A stretch of DNA of 64,000 nucleotides, from assembly GCA_964408775.1 (NCBI GenBank), contig CAYPAP010000002.1:65109-129108 (forward strand), written 5' to 3'. Below are positions 18,040 to 27,708 of this stretch, in pieces. A program made the translations under genes and the position numbers. Each line of letters starts with the position of its first letter. Position 1 is the stretch's first letter. The stretch is from an uncultured Gammaproteobacteria bacterium (lineage in GTDB: Bacteria > Patescibacteriota > Patescibacteriia > Patescibacteriales > UBA12465). Below the pieces are notes generated by a model. It searched no databases, was not told where the DNA came from, and saw nothing but the letters and a program-made list of their open reading frames with translations.

Positions 18040-19410
18040 ATGCCTTTAAAAAAACCAGCAATCAAGCCTACGAAAAAAACCAAAACTAGCAAGGCTTCAA
18101 CGAATAAAAAAGTTTCAAAAAAGACAGAGGATGTTGTTGAGGAAAAAAAAATTTCTCCTCCAGTTACTGTCTTAGACTCACAAAAAGAATTTTTTCGGTT
18201 AATGTCTGAAAGAATAAAAGAAGATATGCCTGAAGATGAGGCGATTGTTGATGATTTTTCCGAGACAAATGATAATAACTCAGACAAAATAATTCATATT
18301 GGGAAAGTTTCTCTTTATAGAAAAATGTTTTGGCGTTTTTCTTTTCTAGTAGCTATTTTATTAGTAGCTGTTTTTTATTTTTCTATTATTAGCTTAGAAG
18401 TTGTTATAAAAAGTGATGAAAAATCAATTGATGATAGCCTTAATTTTTATGCTTATTCCGACAGTGCTCAGGTAAACATAGATAGGGCTGTCCAGGCTAA
18501 TATTAATAGAGTAGAGTTGAGTGTTACAGATAGTTTTCCTAGTACTGGTCAAAAAAATCTAGGCGGTCAGGTCACTGGAAAAGTTACTATAATAAATAAT
18601 TATACCAGAAATCAGCCTTTAGTAGCTACAACTCGCTTACTTAGTCCGGATAATAAACTATTTCGTCTTAAAAATACAGTAAATGTTCCTGCCGGTGGAT
18701 CACTTGAGGTTGAGATTTATGCCGATGAAATTTCTGCTGATATGGCCATTGCTCCAACTAGATTTATTATTCCTGGCCTATGGGAGGGAATCCAAGACAA
18801 AATCTACGCCGAAAGTTATCAGAACTTCGTTTATAGTCAAGAATCTGTAAAATTTGTTGCTCAATCAGATATTGATAAGGCAATTAATATTCTAAATCAA
18901 TCTCTAATAGACGAGGCTAAGAGCAAGGATAAAGGATCTAGCGGCTCAATGAAAAATATTTTTACTTTAGATTCTTCTAGTATTGAGGTTATTATTAGCG
19001 AGGAAGTTGGAACCGAGGTTGATTCTTTTACAGTTACTATCGAAGGTGTCGTTAATATGATAACATTAAACGAAGAGGACGTAATTGGCGTTATAAAAAA
19101 GAGATTAGAGATTTTAGACTTTAATCAAGATAGATCCGAAGTAGATTCAGAATCTCTTAATTACAATCTTCTTAGTTTTAATTCTTCTAAATCTTTAGCT
19201 GAGATTAAGGTCAATTTTTCCGCTAAAGCCTCCTCTGTTAAGGATTCGGGATCTTTTAAAAAAGATTATTTAGTGAATTTAAATGAAGGTCAAATTAGGG
19301 CTTACTTAGATAATATTCCCGAAATAGATTCTTATGAGCTAGTTTTTAAGCCTAATTTTTTCAAAAGAGCTCCTATGTTTTCTGGTCGTATAACTGTTAG
19401 TTATAAATAA
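18040..19410 (+). CDS. hypothetical membrane-anchored protein (Lys-rich N-terminus, one TM, large extracytoplasmic beta-rich region)
   Basis: 456-aa ORF with TM FSFLVAILLVAVFYFSIISL. No motif recognised. Confidence 0.6.
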   Translation: MPLKKPAIKPTKKTKTSKASTNKKVSKKTEDVVEEKKISPPVTVLDSQKEFFRLMSERIKEDMPEDEAIVDDFSETNDNNSDKIIHIGKVSLYRKMFWRFSFLVAILLVAVFYFSIISLEVVIKSDEKSIDDSLNFYAYSDSAQVNIDRAVQANINRVELSVTDSFPSTGQKNLGGQVTGKVTIINNYTRNQPLVATTRLLSPDNKLFRLKNTVNVPAGGSLEVEIYADEISADMAIAPTRFIIPGLWEGIQDKIYAESYQNFVYSQESVKFVAQSDIDKAINILNQSLIDEAKSKDKGSSGSMKNIFTLDSSSIEVIISEEVGTEVDSFTVTIEGVVNMITLNEEDVIGVIKKRLEILDFNQDRSEVDSESLNYNLLSFNSSKSLAEIKVNFSAKASSVKDSGSFKKDYLVNLNEGQIRAYLDNIPEIDSYELVFKPNFFKRAPMFSGRITVSYK

Positions 19411-19415
19411 TATCC

Positions 19416-19517
19416 ATGAAGGCACTAAAGGACTTTTTACCAACTACAGTTGTTATGGCTATTGTTTTAGGTGTTTATCTCTTAGTTAAAAGCTTGCTCC
19501 ATTCTTTATATTTTTAA
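19416..19517 (+). CDS. possible 33-aa single-TM peptide (not in the ORF track)
   Basis: MKALKDFLPTTVVMAIVLGVYLLVKSLLHSLYF. It starts 6 nt after the previous stop. Confidence 0.25.
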   Translation: MKALKDFLPTTVVMAIVLGVYLLVKSLLHSLYF

Positions 19518-19527
19518 AAATTTTTAG

Positions 19528-20232
19528 ATGTTAAAAATTGAAAAAGTATTATTGAGTCAAAAAAACCCATCTAAATCAAAAATATTATCCCGCTACTTCA
19601 AGACTGGTCCAGGGGAATATGGAGAGGGGGATGTTTTTTTAGGTATCACTGTGGTTGATCAACGAGAAATTATTAAAAATTTTATTGACCTATCGCTACA
19701 AGATTTACAAAAACTATTAAACTCTAAATATCATGAATTCCGTTTTTCGGCTCTTTTGATTTTAATCAAAAAGTGTCAAAAAGCTGATTCCCGAGAAAAG
19801 AAAAAGATAGTAGATTTTTATTTGAAAAATATTAAAAATATTAATAATTGGGACTTGGTCGATGTTAGTTGTCATTACATTATTGGAGATTATCTTTTTG
19901 ATAAAGATAGAAAGATTCTTTATGAACTAGCTGTTTCTAAGAATCTTTGGGCCAGAAGAATTGCTGTAGTTACCACCTTTTATTTTATTAAAAGAAATGA
20001 TTTAAAAGATATTTTTAAATTATCCCAGCTTTTATTAGGGGATAATCACGATTTAATACATAAGGCTGTAGGTTGGATGCTGAGAGAAGCTGGAAAGAAG
20101 GATGTTAATAGATTGGAAAAGTTTTTAATAAAAAATAGAAATAGAATTCCTCGTACTACGCTTCGTTATGCTATTGAAAGGTTTCCCGAGAAGAAAAGAA
20201 AAATTTTCTTAAAAAGTAATTTAATTATATGA
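19528..20232 (+). CDS. DNA alkylation repair protein (AlkD/AlkC-like HEAT-repeat glycosylase family)
   Basis: YFKTGPGEYGEGDVFLGI, HEFRFSALLIL, INNWDLVDVS, LWARRIAVV. Confidence 0.8.
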   Translation: MLKIEKVLLSQKNPSKSKILSRYFKTGPGEYGEGDVFLGITVVDQREIIKNFIDLSLQDLQKLLNSKYHEFRFSALLILIKKCQKADSREKKKIVDFYLKNIKNINNWDLVDVSCHYIIGDYLFDKDRKILYELAVSKNLWARRIAVVTTFYFIKRNDLKDIFKLSQLLLGDNHDLIHKAVGWMLREAGKKDVNRLEKFLIKNRNRIPRTTLRYAIERFPEKKRKIFLKSNLII

Positions 20233-20831
20233 AAAAAATGAATCAAGCTATGATTCAGGAAAGAGTTGATAATCTTAATAGAAAGATAATCCATATTATC
20301 TCCGCTATTTTAATAGCTTTTTTCCCTTATTTTTTTACACTTAGAGAGATAATTTTTATTTCTTTATTTTTTGCTTTTTTGTTTTCTTTGGCCAGGGTTT
20401 TTAATGCAATTAAAATTTTTAATTTATTTAAAATAATAAACAAGGTAAATAGGATTTCCTGGGGGGAGGTTTTTTATCCTCTAGGAGTAATGTTGTCGGC
20501 TATTTTTTTTCTACCTGACAGAATATTAGCCTTTCAGTTTGGAATTTTAGTCTTAGGTTTATCTGACGCCTTGGCCAATATTTTTGGGGGACTATTTGGC
20601 ACCTACAAGGTTAAAATTTTCAATGGTATTAAAAGTCTAGAAGGATCTGCAGTTTTCTTTGTAGTTACTCTTTTATTATTAATTGTGTTTCAGGGCTGGG
20701 CTGGTGTTTATTTTTCCGTTCCTTTTTTATTTGTAGCTCTAATTTTAACTAGTATTGAATTTGCCTTATTCTTTGGTCTAGATAATTTGTTTTTACCAAT
20801 ATTAGCATCTTATCTCTTTACTCTAGTCTAA
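20229..20831 (+). CDS. polyprenol/dolichol-kinase-like (CTP-dependent kinase, cytidylyltransferase family) membrane protein
   Basis: Six-TM protein with GLSDALANIFGGLFG...KSLEGSAVFF. ATGA overlap with the upstream gene. Confidence 0.55.
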   Translation: MKKMNQAMIQERVDNLNRKIIHIISAILIAFFPYFFTLREIIFISLFFAFLFSLARVFNAIKIFNLFKIINKVNRISWGEVFYPLGVMLSAIFFLPDRILAFQFGILVLGLSDALANIFGGLFGTYKVKIFNGIKSLEGSAVFFVVTLLLLIVFQGWAGVYFSVPFLFVALILTSIEFALFFGLDNLFLPILASYLFTLV

Positions 20832-20838
20832 TTTTTAT

Positions 20839-21300
20839 ATGAAGAAAATAAAGGTATTAAGCATTGGTAGTGTTAAGGAAAATTTTTATAAATTAGCCAT
20901 CTTGGAATATGAGAAGAGGTTGTCCAAGGATGTAAAAATAGAGTTTGTAGAATTACCAGCTAAAAGTTTTTCTGATAAAAATACCCTTATAATTAAGAAG
21001 CAGGAAAGTGAAAGGGTTTTGGAGTTTTTAGAGAAAAATAAAGATTCCGAAATTTTTTTATTAGCTGAAAAGGGTGAAGAGTTAGACTCAGTAGAATTTT
21101 CCCAGAGAATATTTTCCATTAACAAACCAATAATTTTTGTGATTGGCGGAGCTCTGGGATTGGATTTTGAGATTTTGTCAGGTTATAAAAAAATGTCGTT
21201 ATCAAAAATGACCTTTCTACACGAAATGACTAAGATTATCTTATTAGAACAAATTTATCGTGCAGTTAGCATTGAAAAAGGTAAAAAATATCATTATTGA
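20839..21300 (+). CDS. rlmH: 23S rRNA (pseudouridine1915-N3)-methyltransferase (SPOUT)
   Basis: 153 aa. IGGALGL, SLSKMTFLHEMTKIILLEQIYRA, and a C-terminal GKKYHY. Confidence 0.9.
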   Translation: MKKIKVLSIGSVKENFYKLAILEYEKRLSKDVKIEFVELPAKSFSDKNTLIIKKQESERVLEFLEKNKDSEIFLLAEKGEELDSVEFSQRIFSINKPIIFVIGGALGLDFEILSGYKKMSLSKMTFLHEMTKIILLEQIYRAVSIEKGKKYHY

Positions 21301-21360
21301 TTTTGTCTAATTGTTTTTATTACTTTCAGTAGAAAGTCGGTCTAAGCCATAAATAAAAAA

Positions 21361-21392
21361 CCCGGCGTGTTAGAACCACCGGGTATCTTTTT
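21361..21392. terminator. possible bidirectional terminator between convergent rlmH and the EamA gene
   Basis: CCCGG...CCGGG stem flanked by an A-run upstream and a T-run downstream. The stem is only 5 bp with a 13-nt loop. Confidence 0.35.
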
Positions 21393-21405
21393 GAATTTCT
21401 TTTCA

Positions 21406-22326
21406 CTAAACAGCTATCAAAATTGCTCCGATAACTGCCAGTAAAATGGCTATTGTTTTTTGTTTTAGATTTTTTCTCTCTTTAAAGAATAGAAATGAAA
21501 TCAAGAAAACAAAAATAGCCGATGTTTCTTTTAATGCCATAGCATATGCTACTGGCCCAGACTCTAGGGCTAAGTAGCTGTTGATATTTGCTATAGCAGC
21601 GGCCAAACTTATGCTTATTAACCCAATATAAAAATACTTGGGCCAAGAAGCTCTACCTTTTTTTGAAATAATCAGATATTCCTTTCTGATTATAAAAGGT
21701 ATTACAAAAGTCAGGGCAATTAAAAAATGCAGAATAACCGCTGTTGTTGCCGCCGAAGAGAGGTTAATAGCCTCTTTTCTTAGGCTTGGCGTAAAAGTCC
21801 AGGCGATAAAAACAATTGCCAGCATCAACTTGGCTTGGTGTTTGTTTTTTTTATCACTACTGGACACCCTCCCTTTTTCATAGTCAATTAATATAGCTCC
21901 CGAAATAGCTAAAATTATTCCCAATATTCCAACCCAGGAAAGCTTTTCATCAAAAAACCACCAAGCCGGGATAATAGATCCGACGGAAGTTAGTGAAATA
22001 ATTGGGACAATATAGCTAAGCTCCGCTATTCTGAAAGCCTTGAAAAGGGCTAATAAGGCCACCACTTCCAGGAAGCAGTGTATAGCAATCATTAGCCAAA
22101 AATTTGACGAAAGGCTGCCGAGCGATAAACCTACTCCCTTGAGGGGGAAGTAGAAAATGTACAGAAATAGCCCCGAAAGGAAGAACATCAAGAATCCTAC
22201 CAGGCTATCAAGTCGCTTGTCGCGTACTAAGCGGCTCTTAATGGCAAACTGTATTGCCGCAAAAATTGCCGAAGTTATTCCCAAAAGAAACCAGTCCATA
22301 TTATTTTCTTTTTTTTTAATGAGCAT
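21406..22326 (-). CDS. EamA/DMT-family transporter
   Basis: 306 aa, ten predicted TMs in two EamA-like halves. Confidence 0.8.
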   Translation of the reverse strand: MLIKKKENNMDWFLLGITSAIFAAIQFAIKSRLVRDKRLDSLVGFLMFFLSGLFLYIFYFPLKGVGLSLGSLSSNFWLMIAIHCFLEVVALLALFKAFRIAELSYIVPIISLTSVGSIIPAWWFFDEKLSWVGILGIILAISGAILIDYEKGRVSSSDKKNKHQAKLMLAIVFIAWTFTPSLRKEAINLSSAATTAVILHFLIALTFVIPFIIRKEYLIISKKGRASWPKYFYIGLISISLAAAIANINSYLALESGPVAYAMALKETSAIFVFLISFLFFKERKNLKQKTIAILLAVIGAILIAV

Positions 22327-22430
22327 TGATTTTGTTGCTAGGGCTTTAAATCACCCTTCATTCTTCTCTAAACAGCCTTAATGGGCTGTTTGTTCATAAG
22401 AATACATTATTATATCATATTTGAATTTAT

Positions 22431-22483
22431 TTGTCAATACTAGGCTATTAAGTATTGACAAATATTTTATAATATTTTAAGAT
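22431..22483 (+). promoter_or_regulatory. perfect 11-bp palindrome overlapping a TTGACA-17-TAAGAT promoter-like element
   Basis: TTGTCAATACT (22431-22441) pairs with AGTATTGACAA (22451-22461). TTGACA is at 22455-22460 and TAAGAT at 22478-22483. It lies in the divergent gap between the EamA gene and the lipoprotein gene. Confidence 0.3.
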
Positions 22484-22621
22484 GTCAGGATATATTAAAA
22501 ATATTAATATATTAAGATATATTAAAATAGTTCTTTGAAAAAGTTCTTTTTATATTATGGTTAGTACTTATAAGCTTTTTATTCGAAATCTTATAAGTGC
22601 TAACCAAATAAAAAGAGAGCT

Positions 22622-23227
22622 ATGAAAACAAAAGTCGGAACAACCCTTTATGCATTATTTTTGTCAATCTTTTTTGTTTTTGTAGTGAGCTGTAGCTCCT
22701 ACAATAACAACGATGTTGATGCTACAGCAATCACAAAAGCTGAAGAAGCGACAGTCACCCCCGCCTCTTTAATTGATTTTACTGAGGATACCAACTTTTT
22801 TTCAGAGATTGACTTCTCGAGCATTGATTCTCCGGAAGATTATTTGAAGGTAAGAAATAATCTTTTTGAAGAGTATATGGATGCTAATATGAAATTTTAT
22901 GAAAGCTATTTAATGTTCAAAATGAAAGCTTTCAGTATTTACTCTGAAAAAGAGAAAGAGGCAGTCATGGTTTTTCGTAAAAGTAGCGAAGAAGATTATC
23001 TAAACTGGCTGGATGCTGAAAAGACGAGAGATTATGAGCGCTTAAGTCAGATAGAAAAAAACCCGTCCTATATAGAATATAAATCGGTTAAGGACAGGGA
23101 GTACGCTATCTTTAAAGAGACAGAAAAAAGCCTCCATGAGGTCTACTTAAAAAAACAAGAGGCCTTGTACAATGAGCGCGAAAGAAGGGGAGCCTTGGCT
23201 TATTCTGCGTATAAGAAGAATAAGTAG
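22622..23227 (+). CDS. hypothetical lipoprotein (helical, Glu/Lys-rich)
   Basis: Lipobox FVFVVSCSS after the signal peptide; 201 aa. Terminator follows. Confidence 0.65.
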   Translation: MKTKVGTTLYALFLSIFFVFVVSCSSYNNNDVDATAITKAEEATVTPASLIDFTEDTNFFSEIDFSSIDSPEDYLKVRNNLFEEYMDANMKFYESYLMFKMKAFSIYSEKEKEAVMVFRKSSEEDYLNWLDAEKTRDYERLSQIEKNPSYIEYKSVKDREYAIFKETEKSLHEVYLKKQEALYNERERRGALAYSAYKKNK

Positions 23228-23245
23228 AAGACAATAAAGAGTTGC

Positions 23246-23275
23246 CCCCGTTAAAATTTTTGACGGGGTTTTTTA
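23246..23275 (+). terminator. intrinsic terminator
   Basis: CCCCGT...ACGGGG stem followed by TTTTTT. Confidence 0.7.
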
Positions 23276-23374
23276 TTTGAATTTAAAATATCATAATGTT
23301 ATAATTACAATATTATAGTAGCCCTAAATTTAGAAATTAAGTTAAATCTTTATTAAATTTTAATTTAAAAATAT

Positions 23375-24544
23375 ATGATAGCAGATAGCACTTTGTTTAC
23401 CTTGCTCATTGTTTTAAGTCTTGGACTCATTATTCCTGAGCTTTTTAAAAAATCTAGGGTTCCTTTTTTAACCTTAATAATTTTAGCCGGAGCAATAACT
23501 GGTCCTTATGGCTTGAATTATGTCCAGGTAGATTCGACTATTAGCTTCTTTGGTTTTTTGGGTATGGCATTTCTAATGTTTATGGCTGGGCTGGAAACAG
23601 ATATAACCAAAATATATAAATCCAAGTACAAGCTATCGTTAATGGCGTCTTTCAACTCTATTATTCCTTTTATTTTTGGACTGGCTATTACTAGATTTTT
23701 TGGTTATTCTTGGGATGTAAGTATTTTAGTGGGGATAATATTTATATCGTCTTCCGTGGCTGTCATCACCTCTTTTTTAAAGGATTATAAATCCATATCC
23801 AAGGATGTTTCCCAATTAATATTATCAGCTGTGATGATAATTGATATAATAAGTCTCGTTGCCCTAGGTTTTATTTTGCAAACCGCCTCAAAGATAACTG
23901 TGTTGCCCCTACCTGTCTATTTGGTCGTTTTGCTTCTCTCTATATTTGTCTTGCTTCGTGTCGTTCCCCCCATGACTAAAAATATTATAAAAAAAAGGTT
24001 TTTATACGATTATGGTCATGAGGCAAGATTGCGTTTTATTATTATTATTTTAGTTGGGGTTGTTGCTTATTTTTCTTTTCTTGGAGCCCATCCAATATTA
24101 GCATCATTTTTAGCAGGACTCTCTTTGTCGGGAGTTGTCATTTATGAGAAGTCAGAAATATTAAAGTATAAGTTAAATGCTATTGGTTACGGTCTTTTTA
24201 TTCCTGTTTTCTTTTTTGTGGTAGGAATGGATATTAATATATCCCTGCTTAAAGAATTCGATGTTAGAAATGTTTTAATGATTTCGCTTGTACTAGGGCT
24301 AATATTATCTAAATTTTTTAGTGGGTATATTGCTGGCAAAATGGTTGGGCTTTCTAAAAAAGAAGCTTCTTTATTTGGTTCAATATCAATAACTCAGCTA
24401 ACAACAACCTTGGCTGTTACTTATGCTGCTTCATCTGTTGGGCTATTGGACTCTACCTTAACCACATCAATTATATTATTGGCGGTTATAACAACAATAA
24501 TTGGACCAGTTTTATCATCCTACATATCTAGCAAAAGCGTTTAA
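23375..24544 (+). CDS. cation:proton antiporter (CPA2 / Kef-type, membrane domain only)
   Basis: 389 aa, about 12 TMs. N-terminal LGLIIPELFKKSRVPFLTLIILAGAITGPYGL and GLETD are typical of Na+/H+ exchanger family proteins. Confidence 0.8.
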   Translation: MIADSTLFTLLIVLSLGLIIPELFKKSRVPFLTLIILAGAITGPYGLNYVQVDSTISFFGFLGMAFLMFMAGLETDITKIYKSKYKLSLMASFNSIIPFIFGLAITRFFGYSWDVSILVGIIFISSSVAVITSFLKDYKSISKDVSQLILSAVMIIDIISLVALGFILQTASKITVLPLPVYLVVLLLSIFVLLRVVPPMTKNIIKKRFLYDYGHEARLRFIIIILVGVVAYFSFLGAHPILASFLAGLSLSGVVIYEKSEILKYKLNAIGYGLFIPVFFFVVGMDINISLLKEFDVRNVLMISLVLGLILSKFFSGYIAGKMVGLSKKEASLFGSISITQLTTTLAVTYAASSVGLLDSTLTTSIILLAVITTIIGPVLSSYISSKSV

Positions 24545-24584
24545 TTTTTGTAAATATGAATTTAATATAAGAGAAACTAAAACA

Positions 24585-26465
24585 ATGTCTAAACCATTAT
24601 TCAACTTAAAATCAACTTTTCAGCCTGCTGGTGATCAACCAGGGGCTATTTCTAAGCTTCAAAAAGGCCTGGAGAGGGGTTTTTCTTATCAAACCCTCCT
24701 TGGAGTCACTGGATCAGGGAAAACTTTTACTGTTGCCAATATTATTAAAAATATAAATAAACCTGTTTTAGTAATGGCGCCAAACAAATCACTGGCTGCT
24801 CAACTATATCGTGAGTATAAAAATTTTTTTCCTGAAAATGCTGTTCATTATTTTGTTTCTTATTATGACTATTATCAGCCCGAAGCCTACTTGCCTAACT
24901 CTGACACCTATATTGAAAAAGAAGCTATGATCAACGAGGAGATTGATCGCTTGCGTCATGGAGCAACTTCGGCCCTGCTTTCTCGACGGGATGTTATTAT
25001 TGTGGCCTCGGTTTCTTGTATATATAATTTAGGTGTGCCGGTCAGCTATATGGAGGCTTCACTTCATTTAGAAAAGGACAAGTCTATGACCAGGGCTGAC
25101 TTAATTTCGCAATTAATAAAAATGCAGTTTGAACGAGTTAATGGTGATGTTAAGCGTGGACAATTTAGAGTTCGGGGTGATGTTTTTGAAATTCGACCGA
25201 TGTCAGAAAATATTATTTACCGCTTAGAGTTAGAAAATCAAGCTATTTCCGATTTAACTATAATTGATAATTTGACTAAAAATATTTTAGAGCATCTTCC
25301 GGAAATAGTTATTTTCCCACCTAAACACTTTGTTTCCACTAAACCACAAATTGAGCAAGCTATAAAAAGTATTCAAGAGGAATTGAAAGACCGCTTAAAG
25401 TATTTTAAGAAAAACAAGTTATATTTAGAGGCCGAAAGACTGGAGCGTCGAGTTCGTTATGACATGGAAATGCTTCGTAGTCTAGGTTATTGTCACGGGA
25501 TTGAAAATTATTCTCGACATCTAACTGGAAAGTTAGCGGGGGAAGCTCCGGATTCTTTATTGGAGTATTTTCCTAAAGATGAAAAAGGGAAGGCTGATTT
25601 TTTGTTAATTATAGACGAGAGCCATATTGCTGTGCCCCAAATTGGAGGAATGTATGCCGGCGATCGTAGTCGTAAGGATACTTTAGTGAAATATGGTTGG
25701 CGCTTACCATCAGCCTTGGATAATAGACCGCTGAAGTTTGCTGAATTTGAAAAAAAAATTGGTCAAGTAATTTTTACCACGGCTACTCCAGGAAAGTTTG
25801 AATTGGAACACTCCCGACAAATAGCTGAACAAGTTATTCGCCCGACCGGTTTAATAGAGCCGGAAATAGAAATTCGTCCCGTTTTTGATAAGAAGAAAAA
25901 TTATAGTCAAATTGATGACATTATTTCTGAGGCTCAGAAAATAATTAAAAAAGAGGAGAGGGTTATTATAAATACCTTGACTAAAAAACAAGCTGAGGAC
26001 TTGGACTCTTATTTGAGACAAAAGAATATTAAGTCTAATTATGTTCACTCCGATACCAAAACCTTAGCTCGAACAGAAATCTTAAAAAACTTTCGATTAG
26101 GAGAATTCGATATTTTAATTGGAGTTAATTTATTACGTGAGGGATTGGACTTGCCCGAGGTTTCCTTAGTGGCAATTTTAGACGCTGATAGGGAGGGTTT
26201 CTTGCGCAGTCAAACATCACTTATTCAAACTATGGGTCGAGCGGCGCGTAATGTTTCTGGTAAAATCATTTTATATGCAGATAAGATTACGGGCTCAATA
26301 AAAAATGCTACTAATGAAGTAGAAAGAAGGCGCAAAAAACAATTAGCCTATAACAAAAAACATAATATTGATCCGAAAACAGTTATTAAAAAAATTGAAG
26401 ACTTCTTAGATTTAAATGCCGGCGATGATACTGATGATGATGAAAAAATACCCAAAATTTATTAA
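24585..26465 (+). CDS. uvrB: excinuclease ABC subunit B, lacking the C-terminal UVR domain
   Basis: The start is moved to the ATG at 24585 (MSKPLFNLKSTFQPAGDQPGAI). Walker A GVTGSGKT, DESH box, YADKITGS. The protein ends about 25 aa after HNIDPKTV with an acidic tail and no ..FE.AA..RD.. UVR motif. Confidence 0.95.
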   Translation: MSKPLFNLKSTFQPAGDQPGAISKLQKGLERGFSYQTLLGVTGSGKTFTVANIIKNINKPVLVMAPNKSLAAQLYREYKNFFPENAVHYFVSYYDYYQPEAYLPNSDTYIEKEAMINEEIDRLRHGATSALLSRRDVIIVASVSCIYNLGVPVSYMEASLHLEKDKSMTRADLISQLIKMQFERVNGDVKRGQFRVRGDVFEIRPMSENIIYRLELENQAISDLTIIDNLTKNILEHLPEIVIFPPKHFVSTKPQIEQAIKSIQEELKDRLKYFKKNKLYLEAERLERRVRYDMEMLRSLGYCHGIENYSRHLTGKLAGEAPDSLLEYFPKDEKGKADFLLIIDESHIAVPQIGGMYAGDRSRKDTLVKYGWRLPSALDNRPLKFAEFEKKIGQVIFTTATPGKFELEHSRQIAEQVIRPTGLIEPEIEIRPVFDKKKNYSQIDDIISEAQKIIKKEERVIINTLTKKQAEDLDSYLRQKNIKSNYVHSDTKTLARTEILKNFRLGEFDILIGVNLLREGLDLPEVSLVAILDADREGFLRSQTSLIQTMGRAARNVSGKIILYADKITGSIKNATNEVERRRKKQLAYNKKHNIDPKTVIKKIEDFLDLNAGDDTDDDEKIPKIY

Positions 26466-26490
26466 TTATTTTTAGATTATAAAGTTTATT

Positions 26491-26518
26491 AAAAAAATGA
26501 GCCTGAGACTCATTTTTT
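26491..26518. terminator. bidirectional terminator between convergent uvrB and the redox operon
   Basis: AAAAAAATGAG-CCTGAGA-CTCATTTTTT: a hairpin flanked by A- and T-runs. Confidence 0.65.
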
Positions 26519-26546
26519 ATTTTAAGTAATTTTTGAGTAGGTCTAT

Positions 26547-27683
26547 TTAAAAGACTCTTAATAAATAGAACGATCCTAGAAATAAAAATATTAATGCTGC
26601 TACTAAATTAAAGATATTTATAAATTTAGGAGAAACAATTTTTATTCTCATGGTGAAAAAAGCAATCAAGAAGATAATTAGTTCGTCCAACATGTAAAAA
26701 AGTAAGAATAAAACAATATAAGAGATACTGGCCCCAGTAGATATCCCTGATTCTACTAATATACCAGTAAAGAGAACTGGTAAAAAAGCTGAGCAGGGGA
26801 ATTCTATTATAGTAACGGCCGCAGCAAATAGAGCTACGACTCCTATTAATACGGCTATATTTTTCTTTTTAGCAAATATTTTTTCAACCTTAGGTGAAAG
26901 CTTGGCAATAATCCCGCCAGAACTACAGGTCGCTCCTTGTTTAAATGATTTAATGAATTCTCTGAGCAAATAAAACCCTCCAACTAAAGAAATGATTCCA
27001 ATTAGTAATTCCATGCTTTTTATGTAGGGGGAGATAACAGAAAAAAATTGGTGCCACATAAAAATTAATAGTCCGTAAGTTAGGGTGGTAGTAAATAAGA
27101 ATATTCCTCCGATTAAAAATATCCTTTTTCTAGACCCTAAAACCATTACCAAGCCTAGTATAATTATCAATGCGCCCAGTGAGCAAACATTAAAACCATC
27201 CACGGTTCCCAGTACTATTGCCAAAACTGGCAGAGAGACGTCATAAACATTAACTTCCCCAATAAGAGGTATTTTTATGGTGTTGGAAGAATCACTTTTT
27301 TCTAGTCCAGCAACTATTTTTTCAATATTATTGGCGATATCATCATTAAATCCGATAAAGAAATTATCATCTATGAAAGTAGCTGGTACCAAGCCTTGTT
27401 TACTCTTGGGAACTTGATATTCTTGATATAGTAAATTTATTTTTTCAATATTTTGTGAAAAATTATATTCATTAACAATTACTTCTGGATAATCTTTTTT
27501 TAACTCCTTTAAAAACTCTTTCTCAGCTAAACAGTGAGGGCAGGTAGGGCTGCCAAAGAAATTTATTTCCATAGAACTTTTCCCTGGTATTTCCTCGGCT
27601 TTAACTCCATTGATTAATGATGATGAAAATAAAAATAATAAAGTTGATATTATTAATATTTTTTTTATAAACTTAGTTTTCAT
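26547..27683 (-). CDS. thioredoxin-fold domain fused to a DsbD/CcdA-like multi-TM domain
   Basis: Signal peptide, then FGSPTCPHCLAEKEFL (CPHC). The membrane domain carries Cys motifs DGFNVCSLG and EFPCSAF. Confidence 0.7.
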   Translation of the reverse strand: MKTKFIKKILIISTLLFLFSSSLINGVKAEEIPGKSSMEINFFGSPTCPHCLAEKEFLKELKKDYPEVIVNEYNFSQNIEKINLLYQEYQVPKSKQGLVPATFIDDNFFIGFNDDIANNIEKIVAGLEKSDSSNTIKIPLIGEVNVYDVSLPVLAIVLGTVDGFNVCSLGALIIILGLVMVLGSRKRIFLIGGIFLFTTTLTYGLLIFMWHQFFSVISPYIKSMELLIGIISLVGGFYLLREFIKSFKQGATCSSGGIIAKLSPKVEKIFAKKKNIAVLIGVVALFAAAVTIIEFPCSAFLPVLFTGILVESGISTGASISYIVLFLLFYMLDELIIFLIAFFTMRIKIVSPKFINIFNLVAALIFLFLGSFYLLRVF

Positions 27684-27708
27684 AATTTTATATTTTTAAT
27701 ATTTATGT

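Noticed and set aside
24501-24584. N-terminal extensions in the ORF track (9375, 11718, 24501, 35385, 40276, 54622, 60122, 61671)
   Set aside because: Each extension overlaps the preceding gene, or in the case of 11718 the repeat arm. A downstream ATG in each gives the canonical conserved N-terminus (for example MSKPLFNLKS for UvrB and MAVLYQKYRP for DnaX).
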